20,000 nt of DNA, from the sequence record DRR723986_646. One strand, written 5' to 3'. The position numbers and the translations under genes are program-made. Shown here piece after piece: positions 17,345 to 20,000 of the stretch. Below the pieces are notes generated by a model. The model did not search any database. It had not been told where the DNA came from and saw only the letters and a program-made list of their open reading frames with translations. Each line of letters opens with the position of its first letter. Within the stretch, counting starts at the first letter, position 1.

Positions 17345-17483
17345 GATTATCATCGCCCCTGCAGTGCCTTACGTGGGAGCAGTATAGGCTTGTGTGTTCT
17401 ATCTTGGAACCATCTGCTGTGCTGTAATGGCCCGCGGCAACAAGCCTCGGCGCCGCATCAAGACCAACAATGAGAGTACGGAT

Positions 17484-18692
17484 ATGACCACAGGAGTTGG
17501 CGGCTCGGACGCCGCAACAGAACTGGCCGGGCTGCGGGACATCACCGGCGACCTGCAGCCGATCAGCGCCAGCGAATTCGAGGCGCGCCTTACCCGCGCC
17601 CGGGCCCTGATGGCAGACCTGGGCATCGACGCGATATACCTTAACGCCGGCACCAACCTGTACTACTTCACCGGCACCCGCTGGTCTCCCAGCGAGCGCA
17701 TGGTCGGGGCCGTGCTCACCAGTACAGACCTGTACTACATCGCGCCGGCCTTTGAGCTGGCGACCCTGCAGGATTACATGGCAGTTACTGGCGAGGTTCA
17801 CTGCTGGCAGGAGCACGAGAGCCCCTACACCCTGTTCGCCCGACTGCTCACCGGTAGGGGTCTGGACAGCGCGACCATCGGCCTGGACGAATCGACTCCC
17901 TACTTCATCGTCAGCGGACTGCAGCAGGCCAATCCCGCTTGCCGTTTCATCGATGCGGTGCCGGTAACCAGCGCCTGCAGGATGCGCAAGTCGCGGGCCG
18001 AACTGGACCTGCTGCAGCAGGCCAAGGACCTCACCCTGGAAGTCCACCGCAGGGCGGCGCGCATCCTGCGCCCCGGGATCAGCTGCGCGGAGGTTACTGC
18101 CTTCATCGACGCGGCGCACCGCGCCCTCGGCGCCCCGGCAGGATCCTACTTCTGCATCGTCCTGTTCGGTGAGGACACGGCCTACCCTCACGGCGTCGCC
18201 AGACCCAAAGTGCTGGAGGACGGCGACATGGTCCTCATCGATACCGGTTGTCAGCTGCAGGGCTACAACTCGGATATCACCCGTTCCTACGTTTTCGGGG
18301 AACCCAGCGCACGCCAGCGCCAGGTGTGGGACATCGAAAAGGCGGCGCAGGCAGCGGCATTTGCGGCGGCGACCCCCGGAACCCCCTGTGGCGAGGTCGA
18401 CGAGGCCGCTCGCCGGGTCCTGGAGGCGGCGGGCTTTGGACCGGACTACGCATTGCCGGGGCTACCCCACCGCACCGGCCATGGCATCGGCCTGGACATT
18501 CACGAATGGCCCTATCTGGTGCGCGGCAATGACACGCTGCTGGATACCGGCATGTGCTTCAGCAACGAGCCCATGATCTGCATTCCCGGAGAGTTCGGCA
18601 TCCGCCATGAAGATCATTTCTACATGAGCGAGGACGGCCCGCGCTGGTTCACCCGGCCGGCACACTCGGTGGACGATCCTTTCGGCGGCTGA
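17484..18692 (+). CDS. M24 family Xaa-Pro peptidase (creatinase/prolidase N-domain + pita-bread domain)
   Basis: YPHG, metal ligands LIDTG, SDITR, HRTGHGIGLDIHE, FSNEP and RHED. Start set at ATG 17484 (MTTGVGGS). Confidence 0.92.
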   Translation: MTTGVGGSDAATELAGLRDITGDLQPISASEFEARLTRARALMADLGIDAIYLNAGTNLYYFTGTRWSPSERMVGAVLTSTDLYYIAPAFELATLQDYMAVTGEVHCWQEHESPYTLFARLLTGRGLDSATIGLDESTPYFIVSGLQQANPACRFIDAVPVTSACRMRKSRAELDLLQQAKDLTLEVHRRAARILRPGISCAEVTAFIDAAHRALGAPAGSYFCIVLFGEDTAYPHGVARPKVLEDGDMVLIDTGCQLQGYNSDITRSYVFGEPSARQRQVWDIEKAAQAAAFAAATPGTPCGEVDEAARRVLEAAGFGPDYALPGLPHRTGHGIGLDIHEWPYLVRGNDTLLDTGMCFSNEPMICIPGEFGIRHEDHFYMSEDGPRWFTRPAHSVDDPFGG

Positions 18693-18742
18693 ACCCTTGC
18701 TGGCGGAGATGCATCCAACCGCGCCGGGTAGTGACAGCAGAC

Positions 18743-18771
18743 AAAAAAAAGGCGGCCAGTGGCCGCCTTTT
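18743..18771. terminator. Bidirectional Rho-independent terminator
   Basis: A8-GGCGGCC-AGT-GGCCGCC-T4 between the convergent peptidase and aceA; long U-tract on the aceA strand. Confidence 0.85.
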
Positions 18772-18787
18772 CTAGTTCACTTCGAAC

Positions 18788-19999
18788 TCAGCCGAACTGG
18801 TTCATCGTGTTGTCCGCACCACCCGCCTTCAGGGCGGCTTCACCGGCGAAGTACTCCTTATGGTCATCGCCCATATCGGAGCCGGCCATGTTCTGGTGCT
18901 TGACGCAGGCGATACCCTGACGGATCTCCTGGCGCTGGACACCCTTCACATAACCAAGCATGCCTTGCTCGCCGAAGTATTCCTTGGCCAGGTTGTCGGT
19001 AGACAGGGCCGCAGTGTGGTAAGTCGGCAGCGTGATCAGGTGATGGAAAATACCCGCCTCGCGCGCCGCATCGGCCTGGAAGGACTGGATCCGGCGGTCC
19101 GCTTCTACTGCCAGCTCGGAGTCGTCGTATTCCACGCTCATCAGCTTGTCGCGATCGTAAGACGACAGGTCCTTGCCTTCCTCACCCCAGGCATCAAACA
19201 CCTGCTGGCGGAAGTTCAGGGTCCAGTTGAACGACGGTGAGTTGTTATAAACCAGCTTGGCATTGGGGATCACCTCGCGGATACGGTTAACCATCGTGGC
19301 AATCTGGCCGACGTGGGGCTTCTCGGTTTCGATCCACAGCAGGTCAGCGCCATTTTGCAGGGAGGTGATGCAGTCCAGTACCACCCGGTCTTCACCCGTG
19401 CCCTTGCGGAACTGGTACAGGTTGGACGGCAAGCGCTTGGGACGCACCAGCTTGCCGTGGTAGTTGATGACCACGTCACCGTGGTTCATGTCAGACGGCT
19501 CCAGCTCGTCGAAATCGAGGAAGCTGTTGTACTGGTCGCCGAGATCACCGACCTGGTGGGTAACCGCAATCTGCTTGGTCAGGCCGGCACCGAGGGAGTC
19601 GGTACGGGCAACGATGATGCCATTGTCCACGCCAAGCTCCAGGAAGGCGTAGCGGACTGCACGGATCTTGGCCAGGAAGTCCTCATGGGGGACCGTGACC
19701 TTGCCGTCCTGGTGACCACACTGCTTCTCGTCGGACACCTGGTTCTCGATCTGGATGGCGCAGGCGCCGGCCTCGATCATTTTCTTGGCCAGCAGGTAGG
19801 TTGCTTCCGCGTTGCCAAAGCCGGCATCGATATCGGCAATAATCGGCACCACGTGGGTCTGGAAACCTTCCACCTGCTTCTGCAGCGCCTGGGTAGCGAC
19901 CTCGTCACCGGCGGCGCGCGCCGCATCCAGCTCGCGGAACAGGCCGCCAAGCTCACGGGCATCCGCCTGGCGCAGGAAGGTGTACAGTTCTTCGATCAG
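18788..19999 (-). CDS. aceA: Isocitrate lyase (Pseudomonas-type), 3' part; 5' end lies beyond the window
   Basis: PIIADIDAGFG, catalytic KQCGHQDGK, VARTD, ADLLWIET, YNNSPSFNW, HHLITLPTYH. Frame stays open to the window edge (LIEELYTFLRQADARE...). Confidence 0.96.
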   Translation of the reverse strand: MIEELYTFLRQADARELGGLFRELDAARAAGDEVATQALQKQVEGFQTHVVPIIADIDAGFGNAEATYLLAKKMIEAGACAIQIENQVSDEKQCGHQDGKVTVPHEDFLAKIRAVRYAFLELGVDNGIIVARTDSLGAGLTKQIAVTHQVGDLGDQYNSFLDFDELEPSDMNHGDVVINYHGKLVRPKRLPSNLYQFRKGTGEDRVVLDCITSLQNGADLLWIETEKPHVGQIATMVNRIREVIPNAKLVYNNSPSFNWTLNFRQQVFDAWGEEGKDLSSYDRDKLMSVEYDDSELAVEADRRIQSFQADAAREAGIFHHLITLPTYHTAALSTDNLAKEYFGEQGMLGYVKGVQRQEIRQGIACVKHQNMAGSDMGDDHKEYFAGEAALKAGGADNTMNQFG

Positions 20000-20000
20000 G

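Noticed and set aside
17127-18191. 354-aa minus-strand ORF
   Set aside because: Antisense to the M24 peptidase and out of frame over hxlR; no motifs.
1-20000. CRISPR arrays, tRNA/rRNA, IS elements, integrases, riboswitches
   Set aside because: No spaced direct repeats, transposase motifs or recognisable RNA structures seen by eye, and intergenic gaps are short. A covariance-model search was not possible, so small RNAs are not excluded.

Overview
GC-rich bacterial chromosomal window, probably a marine gammaproteobacterium of the Halieaceae/OM60-NOR5 type (inferred from gene content, not tested). It is densely coded with about 17 genes, and I found no RNA genes, CRISPR arrays or mobile elements. 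Left to right: (i) an acyl-CoA catabolic cluster (two divergent CaiB/BaiF CoA-transferases, a non-canonical thiolase-like protein, an enoyl-CoA hydratase); (ii) an apparent operon of betaine-type ABC ATPase, fused binding protein-permease, divergent PhzF-like isomerase, egtB and egtD (ergothioneine synthesis plus probable transport), followed by metY; (iii) an 890-aa catalase-related (allene oxide synthase-like)-lipoxygenase fusion, divergent from a membrane-anchored TolB-like/TPR protein and a PlsC-type acyltransferase; (iv) a class II aldolase, an HxlR regulator, an M24 Xaa-Pro peptidase and the 3' part of aceA. The most notable items are the AOS-like/LOX fusion, which has an intact LOX iron site but lacks the proximal RxxxY heme ligand at the expected position, and the extended ergothioneine locus, whose PhzF-like gene has no canonical in-frame start codon upstream of its conserved N-terminal motif. 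All family calls come from motif recognition; no database searches were run.
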